A DNA stretch of 64,000 nt from an uncultured Planctomycetaceae bacterium (GCA_964631565.1 CAZVYJ010000011.1:182-64181), one strand, 5' to 3'. Positions 1 through 9,461 are shown, counted from the first letter of the stretch. Made by a program: numbers and translations. Notes: generated by a model not told the origin, from the letters alone.

Positions 1-2
1 CA

Positions 3-173
3 GACGGTAAATACCAAGTCGAAGGTACGTATCCTAACCTGTCTCTCGGCTATGGTAGCGTCATCGCACCGGTGGCAGCCGGCACATTTGTATATGATGC
101 AGTTCCCGATCCGGCGACACTGGCTCTCTTGAGTATGGGTGGTTTGGGCCTGCTGATTCGACGCAAGCGCTAA
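3..173 (+). CDS. 3' end of a PEP-CTERM-type protein (gene starts left of window); sorting motif reads VPDP instead of VPEP
   Basis: Frame open from base 3: ...FVYDAVPDPATLALLSMGGLGLLIRRKR*; hydrophobic stretch plus basic tail like the five PEP-CTERM tails downstream. Confidence 0.85.
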   Translation, partial: DGKYQVEGTYPNLSLGYGSVIAPVAAGTFVYDAVPDPATLALLSMGGLGLLIRRKR

Positions 174-221
174 AGATACCCGATTTGGGAGTTGAACAAG
201 CTCAGGGTTTCTCCGTGATAT

Positions 222-256
222 GCGGGCTGTCCTCAAGGGCAGCCCGTATTTTTATT
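222..256 (+). terminator. intrinsic terminator
   Basis: GCGGGCTGTCC-TCAA-GGGCAGCCCGT followed by ATTTTTATTT. Confidence 0.7.
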
Positions 257-407
257 TGCCCATCAAAACAATCTTAACTCTTGTTTGAAAGAACAGATAT
301 GTGAAATGGGAGGTGGGCAGGGGGATAGACGCCCAGTCTGATTTCTGGAGACCGGACCATCCGGCGATAAGTGTGAAACCAGGCTATTTTCATTGTTAAC
401 TTCTCTC

Positions 408-436
408 TTGACATTAGCGTCAATACAGGTTATTCT
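408..436 (+). promoter_or_regulatory. sigma70-type promoter of regulator 1
   Basis: TTGACA(408-413)-N17-TATTCT(431-436). Confidence 0.7.
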
Positions 437-485
437 ATCTATTAAGCTAACACATCAGAGTGCTTTTCTGAAAGGCTGTAACGCT

Positions 486-1538
486 TTGGACACTGTGGTT
501 AAGCATAAGAGTATAGTCAAGTCGCTTCGCGGCGATATATTGCGGGGTGTGTACGTTCCCGGCGGTCGCCTGCCGAGTCGCGCCCAGATAAGCCGCACCT
601 ATGGCGCCGGCATGGCGACGGTGCAGAAGGCTTTAGATACTCTTATCGAAGACGGTTTCGTTCATGCGAAAGCCGGGTCGGGCACGTTTGTTGTGGAGCG
701 TCCGCCGCACCTCTGCAATTATGCGATTTCAATACCTGAGGCCGAATTGTGGTCGTGTTATTACGACGCATTCAGGGAAGCCATGGGAGATGTCAGCTCC
801 AGCAAAGACATCGAATTTCGAGAGTATCTTACTTCGCGCGACGTCGCTTCCCGCCAGGGCATCAGGAATCTTTGCAGGGATTCGTCGCACAACAAACTCG
901 CTGGCATCATAGTGAGCGGCGATCCGACAGCCCTGGCGGATACCGGCATATTCAATAATCCCGCTGTTCCCTGCGTGGCGAACCAATTTGCCTACAATGT
1001 TCCATTTCCGAAAACCTGCCTTGATGACGAATCGTTCCTGAATCGCGCGATAGAGTTTCTTTCATCGCGAGGCCGGCGGCGAATAGCGCACCTGTTCATG
1101 GATTTCGAAGCGCGTCACATGGTTGACTTCGAAAACCAGATGAAACGCCTGAACGTGGAAGTCAGGCCTTACTGGGTCCAGTCAGTTCCGATGACCGCAT
1201 TGTTCCGTTCAGTAACGAATGTCGTTCACCTGCTGGTGCAGGCCGAGATGTACGGCGAGCGCCCCGACGCGCTGATTATCCATGACGACAACCTCATCGA
1301 CCATGCCATTGCGGGAATACTGGCAGCCGGCGTTCGCGTGCCGGAGAACATGGATGTCATTGTCAAATTCAACTTCCCGTCGCGTAGACGGAGCCTGCTG
1401 CCGATAACGCGGCTGGGCGTGGATCTGCGCGATCTGCTTAACAGCTGCATCGAAATCCTGGACAAGCAGCGCAATGGCGAGCCTGTCCCGGACAAAACCG
1501 GACTTCCGGCATTATTTGAACACGAGATAAGAAAATAA
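486..1538 (+). CDS. GntR-family regulator with LacI-type (periplasmic-binding-like) effector domain, paralog 1
   Basis: wHTH ...YVPGGRLPSRAQISRTYGAGMATVQKALDTLIEDGFVHAKAGSGTFV; C-terminal RRIAHL, PDALIIHDDNL, GVRVPE motifs. Start moved from 393 to TTG 486 (GTG 495 also possible) because the promoter lies inside the longer ORF and the paralogs start here. Confidence 0.85.
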   Translation: MDTVVKHKSIVKSLRGDILRGVYVPGGRLPSRAQISRTYGAGMATVQKALDTLIEDGFVHAKAGSGTFVVERPPHLCNYAISIPEAELWSCYYDAFREAMGDVSSSKDIEFREYLTSRDVASRQGIRNLCRDSSHNKLAGIIVSGDPTALADTGIFNNPAVPCVANQFAYNVPFPKTCLDDESFLNRAIEFLSSRGRRRIAHLFMDFEARHMVDFENQMKRLNVEVRPYWVQSVPMTALFRSVTNVVHLLVQAEMYGERPDALIIHDDNLIDHAIAGILAAGVRVPENMDVIVKFNFPSRRRSLLPITRLGVDLRDLLNSCIEILDKQRNGEPVPDKTGLPALFEHEIRK

Positions 1539-1616
1539 GGGCACTGTGGCCACTGGAGGCTTAACACGTTTTAGTTAATTTAACTTTTATTCCGGAGATC
1601 GAGAAAGGAGACTTCT

Positions 1617-2354
1617 ATGAGCTTGTTTTTAAGAAGGTTTCTACTGGCAGGTGTTCTGCTAGCCGTGGCGATGCCGGCAGCCGCGGACACTCTAACACTG
1701 AACAGCACATCAACGCTGGATGATGCGTGGTTGTGGGCCGGCGGCGGTGGTGGTGGTGCAGCTAACAAGGAAGGTCTGCAGCTTGAAGCCGCAGCGAGCG
1801 GCTACCTGAAGCATGTCTTTCTGAGGTTCGACCTGTCGGCGATTCCAACCGGTTCGACCATCAACAGCGCAACCTATAACGGCTACTGCAATGGTGCCGG
1901 CACCGGCGGGAGCGACCCGGGCGTGATCAATGTGTACCTGGTTACCAAGCCGTGGGTGGAAGATGAAATCAGCTGGAACAGTTATTCCAGCGGCAATGCA
2001 TGGGTGAATTCCGGCGGCGATGCGGCCGGTCTGAATGATCCGGCCGGCAGCCCGATTTCCACGATTGATCTTCCGCAGATCAGTGCATGGTCAGCCATCA
2101 GTTTTGATCTAACCGCCGCAGTCCAGGCATGGGTGAACGGCACCACAAACAACGGTCTTCTGATGAAGTTTGCGGACGACCTCACTGTGCAGTCAGTCCA
2201 GTGGTGCGGTTCGGAAGCATGGGTTGAAGGTTCGGGTTACCAGCATGTTGCCCCGTCGCTGACTATCGACTACACGATAGTTCCCGAGCCGGCGACCATG
2301 AGTTTGCTGGGTCTTGGCGGGTTTGGGCTGTTAATCCGACGTAAACGCAAATAA
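1617..2354 (+). CDS. secreted PEP-CTERM protein, DNRLRE-like domain
   Basis: AGGAG SD; signal peptide ending PAAA-D; FLRFDLSAIPTGSTINSAT and PWVEDEISWN resemble DNRLRE domains; ends VPEPATMSLLGLGGFGLLIRRKRK. Confidence 0.85.
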   Translation: MSLFLRRFLLAGVLLAVAMPAAADTLTLNSTSTLDDAWLWAGGGGGGAANKEGLQLEAAASGYLKHVFLRFDLSAIPTGSTINSATYNGYCNGAGTGGSDPGVINVYLVTKPWVEDEISWNSYSSGNAWVNSGGDAAGLNDPAGSPISTIDLPQISAWSAISFDLTAAVQAWVNGTTNNGLLMKFADDLTVQSVQWCGSEAWVEGSGYQHVAPSLTIDYTIVPEPATMSLLGLGGFGLLIRRKRK

Positions 2355-2386
2355 GTAAATAAGTTGTGTAAAAGAATGCCGGAAAA

Positions 2387-2410
2387 GCTCAGGATCGGGT
2401 TCCTCTGAGC
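2387..2410 (+). ncRNA. conserved 3'-UTR bulged hairpin motif, copy A
   Basis: GCTCAGGATCGGGTTCCTCTGAGC between PEP-CTERM stop and terminator. Confidence 0.55.
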
Positions 2411-2413
2411 GAG

Positions 2414-2447
2414 GCGGGTCGTCCCCTAAGGGGCGGCCCGCTTTTTT
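2414..2447 (+). terminator. intrinsic terminator
   Basis: GCGGGTCGTCCCC-TAA-GGGGCGGCCCGC-TTTTTT. Confidence 0.85.
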
Positions 2448-2578
2448 GTACTGTCGTTCATGGGGAAAATTACAGCAGGGCATCATCATAATGCAATATT
2501 TTAGAGTAAGTAACAGGCGGAAGAAGGTATTTGCCATAATAACGGGAATAACTATAGGTTTTCGGAGCAGTTTATAAC

Positions 2579-2634
2579 TTGACAGGAGAAAATTTTAAGT
2601 TATTCTATATCTATATTGAACATATCTAGAATAA
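2579..2634 (+). promoter_or_regulatory. sigma70-type promoter of regulator 2 with inverted repeat over the -10
   Basis: TTGACA(2579-2584)-N16-TATTCT(2601-2606); TTATTCTA(2600-2607)...TAGAATAA(2627-2634). Confidence 0.65.
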
Positions 2635-2660
2635 GTATCTGCTGATATCGAGAAAGTCGT

Positions 2661-3716
2661 ATGGCATTATCCGGAAAAGCCAAATATCAGAATGTGGTGT
2701 CCTCACTGAGGGACGGGATAGTTAAAGGCCTGTATCGTCCCGGGCATCAGCTGCCGACCCGTCCTGAGATGGTGGAGAAATTCGGCGTCAGCATTGCGAC
2801 GGTGCAGCGTGCGCTGGATACCTTATCTGACGATGGTTTCATCCGTGCTCGTGCCGGGTCTGGCACGTTTGTTGTTGATCGTCCGCCGCATCTCTGCAAT
2901 TACGCCATATCGATGCCCAAGTCGGGCCAGTGGTCCTGCTTCTTTGATTCGCTCAGAGGGGCCATGAAATGCGTGGGGCAGGACAAAGATATCAATTTCC
3001 GTGAATATATTACTTCGCGTGATGTGGGCGACAGGCAGGGTATAAGCGATCTTTACTCGGATGTGTTCGACAAGAAGCTTGCCGGAATCATTATAACCGG
3101 TGACCCGGCCGACCTGTACGGCACGGGTATTATGGAGAATAAGGCCGTTCCCTGCGTGGCGAACGTATCTACATTTGATGTGCCGTGCCCGAAGGTGTAC
3201 ACGCGTCTGGAAGCTTTTCTGGAGCGGGCGGTGGAATTTCTCGTGTCCCGCGGCCGACGGCGCATCGCGCACCTGTTCATGGACTTCGAAGCGCACCACG
3301 TCGCCGATTTTGAAGACCGCATGAGGCGCATGAATGTTGAAGTCCGGCCTTACTGGATACAGTCGGTCGCCATGTACGCGTTGTTCCGTTCCGCGACGAA
3401 TGTTGTCAATCTGCTGGCGCAGCTTGACGGCGACAAAAAGCCCGACGCCCTGATCATCCATGACGACAACCTTATCGAGCATGCCGTTGCGGGTCTGCTG
3501 GCGGCCGGTGTACGGGTGCCGGAAGAAATGGAAATCGTTGCGATGTTCAACTATCCGTCGCGCACCCACTCTTTGCTGCCCATGACGCGTCTGGGCCTCG
3601 ACATGCGCGAATCGCTGAAAAAAAGCGTCGAAATCCTGGACAAAATGCGCAATGGCGAGCCTGTCCCGGATGGAATCGAACTGAAAGTGAAGTTCGAACA
3701 CGAAATGGAGAAATAA
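2661..3716 (+). CDS. GntR/LacI-type regulator, paralog 2
   Basis: LPTRPEMVEKFGVSIATVQRALDTL wHTH; effector domain very similar to paralog 1. Confidence 0.9.
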   Translation: MALSGKAKYQNVVSSLRDGIVKGLYRPGHQLPTRPEMVEKFGVSIATVQRALDTLSDDGFIRARAGSGTFVVDRPPHLCNYAISMPKSGQWSCFFDSLRGAMKCVGQDKDINFREYITSRDVGDRQGISDLYSDVFDKKLAGIIITGDPADLYGTGIMENKAVPCVANVSTFDVPCPKVYTRLEAFLERAVEFLVSRGRRRIAHLFMDFEAHHVADFEDRMRRMNVEVRPYWIQSVAMYALFRSATNVVNLLAQLDGDKKPDALIIHDDNLIEHAVAGLLAAGVRVPEEMEIVAMFNYPSRTHSLLPMTRLGLDMRESLKKSVEILDKMRNGEPVPDGIELKVKFEHEMEK

Positions 3717-3793
3717 GAGTCGCCGTGACTCTTGGAGGCATTAAACAGGTTTATTTGACTTATTTTTTCCGGAGATTGAGAAAGGAGACTTTT

Positions 3794-4549
3794 ATGAGCT
3801 TGTATTTAAGAAGATTTCTACTGGCAGGCGTTCTGCTAGCCGTGGCGATGCCGGCAGCCGCGGACACACTGGTGCTGGGCGATCCGGCGTGGGCAGGCAC
3901 TCCTGCCGGCGCCATCGACGGCAAAATCGCTGATGCGTGCATGTGGGTCGGATGGGGTGAAGGCATGGGCCTTGGCACCGGCGTTCAGTTTGAAAGCGGC
4001 CCGTCTTATGTCAAGCACGTGCTTTGGTACTTCGACTTGGCCGGTGCGGGTATGCCGATCGGGCCGAACACAGTGATTGACAGCGTGCAGTTCAACGTTT
4101 CCGATGCCGGCGGCGGGCATGTGGCCCAGCCGGAAATCAATCTGTACGCACTGACGAAGGCCTGGACGGAAGCAGGCGAAACCTGGTACACCACGGGAAC
4201 CGGAACGGACTGGTCGACTCCCGGCGTAGGCGCAGGCGACATCATCGAGTCCTCCAAGGTGTCGATTACCACCATTGGAGCTGCCGATGCATGGGCCCGT
4301 TTCGACATTCCGGGCTTCGATTCGCTGATCCAGGCGTGGGCCAACGGCTCGATTACCAATTACGGTGCATTGATGGTGTATGCTGCTGAAGAAGGAGACG
4401 TGACAATGAACATGTGCTCCTCGCAGTATGCCTCGCACGTCAAGCCGTACCTGGTGGTTGAATATCATGTAGTGCCCGAGCCGGCGACTATGAGCCTTCT
4501 GGGCCTTGGCGGCCTGGGTATGCTGATCCGTCGCAAAAGGAGTATATAA
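3794..4549 (+). CDS. secreted PEP-CTERM protein, DNRLRE-like domain
   Basis: ATG 3794 after AGGAG; signal peptide almost identical to the 1617 gene; LWYFDL..VIDSVQF, LYALTKAWTE; VPEPATMSLLGLGGLGMLIRRKR. Confidence 0.85.
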   Translation: MSLYLRRFLLAGVLLAVAMPAAADTLVLGDPAWAGTPAGAIDGKIADACMWVGWGEGMGLGTGVQFESGPSYVKHVLWYFDLAGAGMPIGPNTVIDSVQFNVSDAGGGHVAQPEINLYALTKAWTEAGETWYTTGTGTDWSTPGVGAGDIIESSKVSITTIGAADAWARFDIPGFDSLIQAWANGSITNYGALMVYAAEEGDVTMNMCSSQYASHVKPYLVVEYHVVPEPATMSLLGLGGLGMLIRRKRSI

Positions 4550-4587
4550 GACGACCCCAACGCAGATTCGCAGTAAAAAAGCTTTGC

Positions 4588-4612
4588 GCTCAGAAGAAAG
4601 GTTCCTCTGAGC
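4588..4612 (+). ncRNA. conserved 3'-UTR bulged hairpin motif, copy B
   Basis: GCTCAGAAGAAAGGTTCCTCTGAGC. Confidence 0.55.
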
Positions 4613-4619
4613 AACCGAG

Positions 4620-4650
4620 GTGGCCGTCCCTCAGGGACGGCCGCTTTTTT
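4620..4650 (+). terminator. intrinsic terminator
   Basis: GTGGCCGTCCC-TCA-GGGACGGCCGC-TTTTTT. Confidence 0.85.
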
Positions 4651-4868
4651 ATACCACTATTACAGCATCGGGGTCGATATTCCAATCACCATGGATTTAC
4701 TATTATACAGCTTAAATCAAAAGAGAAATCCGTTTTTTGCAATTCAGTCGAACCCGGTTAACGATAAGAAGGTTTAATCAGCTAATATCAGTCTGCTGAA
4801 GTATTCGTGTGAATCCGGCGGTTCACGTGACGGGAACCCATATTTGAAAAACAAAAGGGAGCGACACG

Positions 4869-6863
4869 ATGAATCGAATCGCGGGAATTCAAGCCGGGAA
4901 GTTCAGACGGGTATCGTGGTATGCTGCCGCAGTCATAATTTTGATAATGGAAAGCGTGGTTATGGCAGGCGACTTGACGCTCAAGTACGATTCCAGCAAA
5001 TATCCTGAATTGAAAATGGGATATAACGACCTTAACGGTGACGGCAAGGCCGATACGCTGATTACCAGATGGAACGACAAAATTATCGCCTTTATCAGCG
5101 ACGGCGGGCAACTGCCGTGGAAGGCGGAGGACGAAAAGCAGGACTGGAACGCCTACTTCAACAAGGCGTACAACGTCGGCCAGGACCCGCCGGTGACATG
5201 GAACCCTGTAAGGGCCAGGTGGGGCGACTATACGATTCTGGTGGACCGCGACGGCGACGGCAGATTTGATTCCATCGGCGACTGGTGCTACAAGACATTC
5301 GACCTCAACAAAGACGGCTCGCCCGAGGCCGAGTACTATCATCTTTTCCCGGGGCACTACAGTAACAAGTTTCACATCAATTTCAGCGGCGAACGGGACA
5401 TGTCGTGGCTGGACTTCGGCGGCTTCTGCTACTGCCCTGACGAGCAGCGATACGTCAACGGCAGCCAGTACATCATGAACGTTCACGGCAACGGAATGTT
5501 CCTCAACAGCTACGCCCGGAATACACAGTGCGCGTGGGAAAATCCCATCGCATGGTATGACTTCGATTTCGACGGCCGAACCAACATGGTCATGCGGGCC
5601 GCGGATACCTTCTACGAGGACGGCAAGGATCACGTTTCCTACAGCGGCTGCCTGAGCGAGCTCGAGCTGGCGTTCGAGCTGAATTCGAACACCAGCGAGA
5701 AACGGTGGCACTCCCTGGACATGCAGTTGACGTTCTTCAACTACGACAGGGGCAAGGGGCTGGATTACAAATCCTTCACCGATGCGCTGGCCTTCATGAC
5801 GGGTCTTAAGGGTTCGGAGTTTCTCTCCGAGAATATGGCCGAGGCGAGGCTGCAGACCGTCCGCAGATATCTTCCTTACATGGACGGCTACAAAATCGGG
5901 ATGGATTTCGACGGCTGGGCCGGCGTATGGCTGCTGTTCGATGAAGACGATGACGACAACCGCTGGGAAGAAATGTTCTCCAGGCACGAGCCGGCCGATT
6001 GGCACGGCTACGCAGACCAAATCGGCGACCGCACCGAGATCGACAGGGACTACGGCGGCAAGGGCAAGCTTTACATCGCCAAATTTGACGGCCGCATTCA
6101 CCTGTTCCATGCGGAATTCGCCGTATGGGATGTCGATTGTCTCGCCATGTATAAGGGTGCGTGCGACAGGGGCGCTACCCCGGAGGGGCCGAACCCGCCG
6201 GCCGGTATTCGATATCCGCGCGTGAGATATTCCGACACCAACGGCAACGGTTTTATCGACAGGATTGAATATATGACCGTCGAATACGGCAAGGAAGGCG
6301 AAACCGAAAAAATCGACCGGGTCGTTTCGCTCCTGGATTACGCGGACGAGAAGAACCCCAAACCGGATGTGTGCGAACTGTTCGATCCTCGCGTGGACAC
6401 GAAAGTAACCGGCTGGACCGTCGCCAAATGGGACGGGAAGCCCTTCACGGCGAAGGATTTCAAGGGTACGCCCGTCAAGGCCGGCTTCGACAGGGTATAC
6501 CAGTTTTACGGCCGGGTCTGCGACGGCATGTGGAGCGACGCCGAAAAACTCTATAAAACCGCCAGGGACCTGGGCCTGAACCGTTCAGAGGACCTGGACA
6601 AGGAACTGAAAGACACGTACACCAAAGATGAACTCGCCGCGCTGAAAGTGCTGGACATACCCAAAGGGTACTCGCGGCACCTTTCCGGCAAGACCAGGCG
6701 GGAAAAATACAACAACGGCTACTGGCTTAAGGAAAAAGTTTTCGCGGACATCCTTGAGTATTCCTCGCTCGACAATCGCACGCTGGAGAAGTATTTTTAC
6801 ACCGGCAGGATCGATGAACTCTGCGAATACGTCAGGGCCAACTACAAGCCGCAGCAGAAATAA
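4869..6863 (+). CDS. hypothetical, probably exported protein with several DxDxDG calcium-binding-like motifs
   Basis: 664 aa ORF with GGGAG SD, signal-like N-terminus, motifs DLNGDGKAD, DRDGDGRFD, DLNKDGSPE, DFDFDGRTN, DTNGNGFID. Confidence 0.75.
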   Translation: MNRIAGIQAGKFRRVSWYAAAVIILIMESVVMAGDLTLKYDSSKYPELKMGYNDLNGDGKADTLITRWNDKIIAFISDGGQLPWKAEDEKQDWNAYFNKAYNVGQDPPVTWNPVRARWGDYTILVDRDGDGRFDSIGDWCYKTFDLNKDGSPEAEYYHLFPGHYSNKFHINFSGERDMSWLDFGGFCYCPDEQRYVNGSQYIMNVHGNGMFLNSYARNTQCAWENPIAWYDFDFDGRTNMVMRAADTFYEDGKDHVSYSGCLSELELAFELNSNTSEKRWHSLDMQLTFFNYDRGKGLDYKSFTDALAFMTGLKGSEFLSENMAEARLQTVRRYLPYMDGYKIGMDFDGWAGVWLLFDEDDDDNRWEEMFSRHEPADWHGYADQIGDRTEIDRDYGGKGKLYIAKFDGRIHLFHAEFAVWDVDCLAMYKGACDRGATPEGPNPPAGIRYPRVRYSDTNGNGFIDRIEYMTVEYGKEGETEKIDRVVSLLDYADEKNPKPDVCELFDPRVDTKVTGWTVAKWDGKPFTAKDFKGTPVKAGFDRVYQFYGRVCDGMWSDAEKLYKTARDLGLNRSEDLDKELKDTYTKDELAALKVLDIPKGYSRHLSGKTRREKYNNGYWLKEKVFADILEYSSLDNRTLEKYFYTGRIDELCEYVRANYKPQQK

Positions 6864-6910
6864 ATACGGGCAGTCCACAGGGCGGCGCGGCACATATCGA
6901 GGAGAATAAA

Positions 6911-7930
6911 ATGGATAAGGTTCGTCTCGGAATCATCGGATACGGAACCATGGGGGAGATTTACTCTGAAGGCATAGCCGAGTTTCACAATGCCGAGGTA
7001 GCAGCCGTTGCGGACCATAACCCGGAACACCTTGCGAGCGCCCTGCAGAAGCACGGCTGCGATGTGTTCGAGGATTACCGCGATATGTACTCGTGGGGAA
7101 AGCTGGACGCGGTGGTAATCATACTGCCGGACTTCCTGCACAAAGAGGCTGTCATCGAGGCGGCCGCCGCGGGACTGCACATTCTCGTGGAGAAACCTTT
7201 CGCCATGTCGGTTCAGGATGCGCTCGAGATGGTCGAGGCCGTCCGCAGGGCGAAAGTCAAATGCATGATCGAGTTCATGAATCGCTGGAGCGCGCCGTTT
7301 GTGAAGGCGAAGGAGCTGGCCGACGCCGGCAAGTTCGGATTCGTGACATCCGTTTCCGGCGATTTGAACGATTCCATATTTGTGCCCACCAGAATGCTGC
7401 GATGGTCCGCCCGCAGCACGCCCGGCTGGTTCCTCATGTGCCACACATTCGACCTGGCTACGTGGATTACCGGAAAGAAGCCGGCCAGCGTCTTCGCCAC
7501 GGCAGCGAAGAAGATTCTTGCGGCAAAGGGCATCGACACATACGACGCGATTGAAGCCTTGGTCAATTTCACCGACGGCTCCATCGGCCGATTCACCAAC
7601 AACTGGGTTCTGCCCGAGGCGATACCGCTGCTTTATGAACTCAAGCTGCGCATCGTCGGCTCAGACGCCGCGATTGATATCAACACCTCCGACCAGCAGC
7701 TGCACTATTTCGACCAGAATCGCTATGAGCACACATTCAACGCATGGGGCAAGGTGCTCGGCCGGCCTTACGGGCACTGCTATGACATGCTGCGAACTTT
7801 CGTCGATTGCATCCAGCGCGACCTGCCCGTGCCGATACCGGCCGAGACCGGGCTGAAAAATACCATTTTCATGGAAGCCGTGCATAAATCGGTTGAAACG
7901 GGCAAACCCGTCAGCATTGAAAATTACTGA
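6911..7930 (+). CDS. Gfo/Idh/MocA family NAD(P)-dependent oxidoreductase
   Basis: VRLGIIGYGTMG Rossmann motif, HILVEKPFA motif, GAGGAG SD. Confidence 0.9.
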   Translation: MDKVRLGIIGYGTMGEIYSEGIAEFHNAEVAAVADHNPEHLASALQKHGCDVFEDYRDMYSWGKLDAVVIILPDFLHKEAVIEAAAAGLHILVEKPFAMSVQDALEMVEAVRRAKVKCMIEFMNRWSAPFVKAKELADAGKFGFVTSVSGDLNDSIFVPTRMLRWSARSTPGWFLMCHTFDLATWITGKKPASVFATAAKKILAAKGIDTYDAIEALVNFTDGSIGRFTNNWVLPEAIPLLYELKLRIVGSDAAIDINTSDQQLHYFDQNRYEHTFNAWGKVLGRPYGHCYDMLRTFVDCIQRDLPVPIPAETGLKNTIFMEAVHKSVETGKPVSIENY

Positions 7931-8183
7931 GCAGTCTTACGTAAGTTTGTTTCCCGTCTGGTGGCCTTCCTAGGCCGCCGGAATTGCAGAAAGCTACCAA
8001 CCACCCCGAAAAGCGGTTTTCGAGGGTTTCCATGCAAGTTCTGCTCTGAGGCTGAGTATCCCTTGATAGCCTCCAGCTCGCGACATCTCTTTCATCTCCT
8101 TGATTCAAATGATGTTATGTTCATAACTATCGCGAGTTTTGAACTGGTATCATTTTATTTACAAGTTCGGAGTATTTTCGCTC

Positions 8184-8239
8184 TTGACTCATTGCTGGCT
8201 TATGGTAATCTAGATTACATAGTTGGAAATCTAGATTAC
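8184..8239 (+). promoter_or_regulatory. promoter of regulator 3 with tandem palindromic operator
   Basis: TTGACT(8184-8189)-N16-TAATCT(8206-8211); perfect palindrome GTAATCTAGATTAC (8205-8218) and near copy GAAATCTAGATTAC (8226-8239), 21 bp apart. Confidence 0.7.
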
Positions 8240-8274
8240 ACTTGCCGGCAACAGGATTAGTGGGAAATACATAA

Positions 8275-9342
8275 ATGGTAGTAGGTGAAAAAGGTAAATA
8301 TCTGGAAGTCGTTTCCGCTCTGCGCAGCAGCATCCTCGACGGTGTGTACAAGCCAAGCAGCAAACTTCCTACCCGCTCGGAGATGGTGGCGGAGTTTGGT
8401 GTCAGCAACGCCACTATTCAAAGAGCTCTTACCAGGCTGGCGAATGACGGTTTTGTTTTCGCCCGCCCGTCCGGCACGTTTGTTGCGGAGTGCCCGCCGC
8501 ATTTGTGCAACTACGGGATGGTGACTCCCGTCACCTCGCAGTGGTCGCTGCTGCACACAGCCGTTCGCAGGGCGGCCGGCATAGTGCAGAAAGGCGGCGA
8601 TATCCGGTTCAATGAGTACATCACTTCTTCTGAAGTTGCGGCCAGGGAAGATGTGATACGCCTGAACAGGGACGTCACCAGCCATTGTCTCGGCGGGCTG
8701 ATTATCCTGGGCGATTACGCCATGCATGATATTGAAGGCACGCCGGCCCTCGAGCGTAAAAATTTCCCGCGCGTGCGTATACATCCTTTGCCGGAATCTT
8801 CCATTCCTGTTGTTTGCCTGGACGTGACCGGTTCGTTTATTCCGAAAGCGACGGAATACCTGACGTCAAGGGGCCACCGGCGGATTGCACATCTGCGATT
8901 GATTTCAGAAGTCAATTGGCGGAAGGAATTCGATGCGGCCCTGAAAAGGACCGGCATCGAGATCAGGCCGTACTGGGTGCAGTCGGTTTACGCCAGGGCC
9001 ATAGATGAAACGACCACAAGCGTCATATCCCTGCTGATGCAGTTGGAAGGGGACAAGCGCCCCGACGCATTGATAATTCACGACGACAACCTTGTCGAGC
9101 TTGCCGTAGGCGGGCTGCTGGCGGCCGGCGTCAAGGTGCCCGACGACCTGGAAATAGTCGCGCACTCAAACTATCCATCGCAGGCGCCCAGCGTTCTGCC
9201 GATGGCGCGGCTGGGCCTCGACTGCCGCATGTTCCTGAAAAAGTGCGTGGAAGTGATAGAACTGCAGCGCAGCGGACAAACCCCTCCGGCGAAGACGAAT
9301 ATCCCGGCGGTGTTTGAGGACGAACTTGCGGATGAAGTCTGA
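8275..9342 (+). CDS. GntR/LacI-type regulator, paralog 3
   Basis: LPTRSEMVAEFGVSNATIQRALTRL wHTH; RPDALIIHDDNL. Confidence 0.9.
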   Translation: MVVGEKGKYLEVVSALRSSILDGVYKPSSKLPTRSEMVAEFGVSNATIQRALTRLANDGFVFARPSGTFVAECPPHLCNYGMVTPVTSQWSLLHTAVRRAAGIVQKGGDIRFNEYITSSEVAAREDVIRLNRDVTSHCLGGLIILGDYAMHDIEGTPALERKNFPRVRIHPLPESSIPVVCLDVTGSFIPKATEYLTSRGHRRIAHLRLISEVNWRKEFDAALKRTGIEIRPYWVQSVYARAIDETTTSVISLLMQLEGDKRPDALIIHDDNLVELAVGGLLAAGVKVPDDLEIVAHSNYPSQAPSVLPMARLGLDCRMFLKKCVEVIELQRSGQTPPAKTNIPAVFEDELADEV

Positions 9343-9461
9343 ATAAATCGCGTTTCGAGCGTGATTGGTCGCTTTCGTGAAGGAAAAGAAGGGATCGGAT
9401 AACAGTTCGAAGGAATATTGAAAAGTCATTTCCTGGCTGCTTCCAGAAAGGAGAAGAAAAG

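Noticed and set aside
393-485. N-terminal extensions given by the ORF track (regulator 1, 3725 PEP-CTERM gene, tuf, secE, nusG, rplA, eboC/F/D/E, adk, rplN)
   Set aside because: Upstream alternative starts overlap promoters, tRNAs or neighbouring genes; downstream starts have SD sites and match homolog N-termini.
4807-4828. GTGAATCCG..CGGTTCACG hairpin resembling the reverse complement of the hairpin upstream of rpmJ (56345-56373)
   Set aside because: Only two short matches in opposite orientation; chance cannot be excluded.
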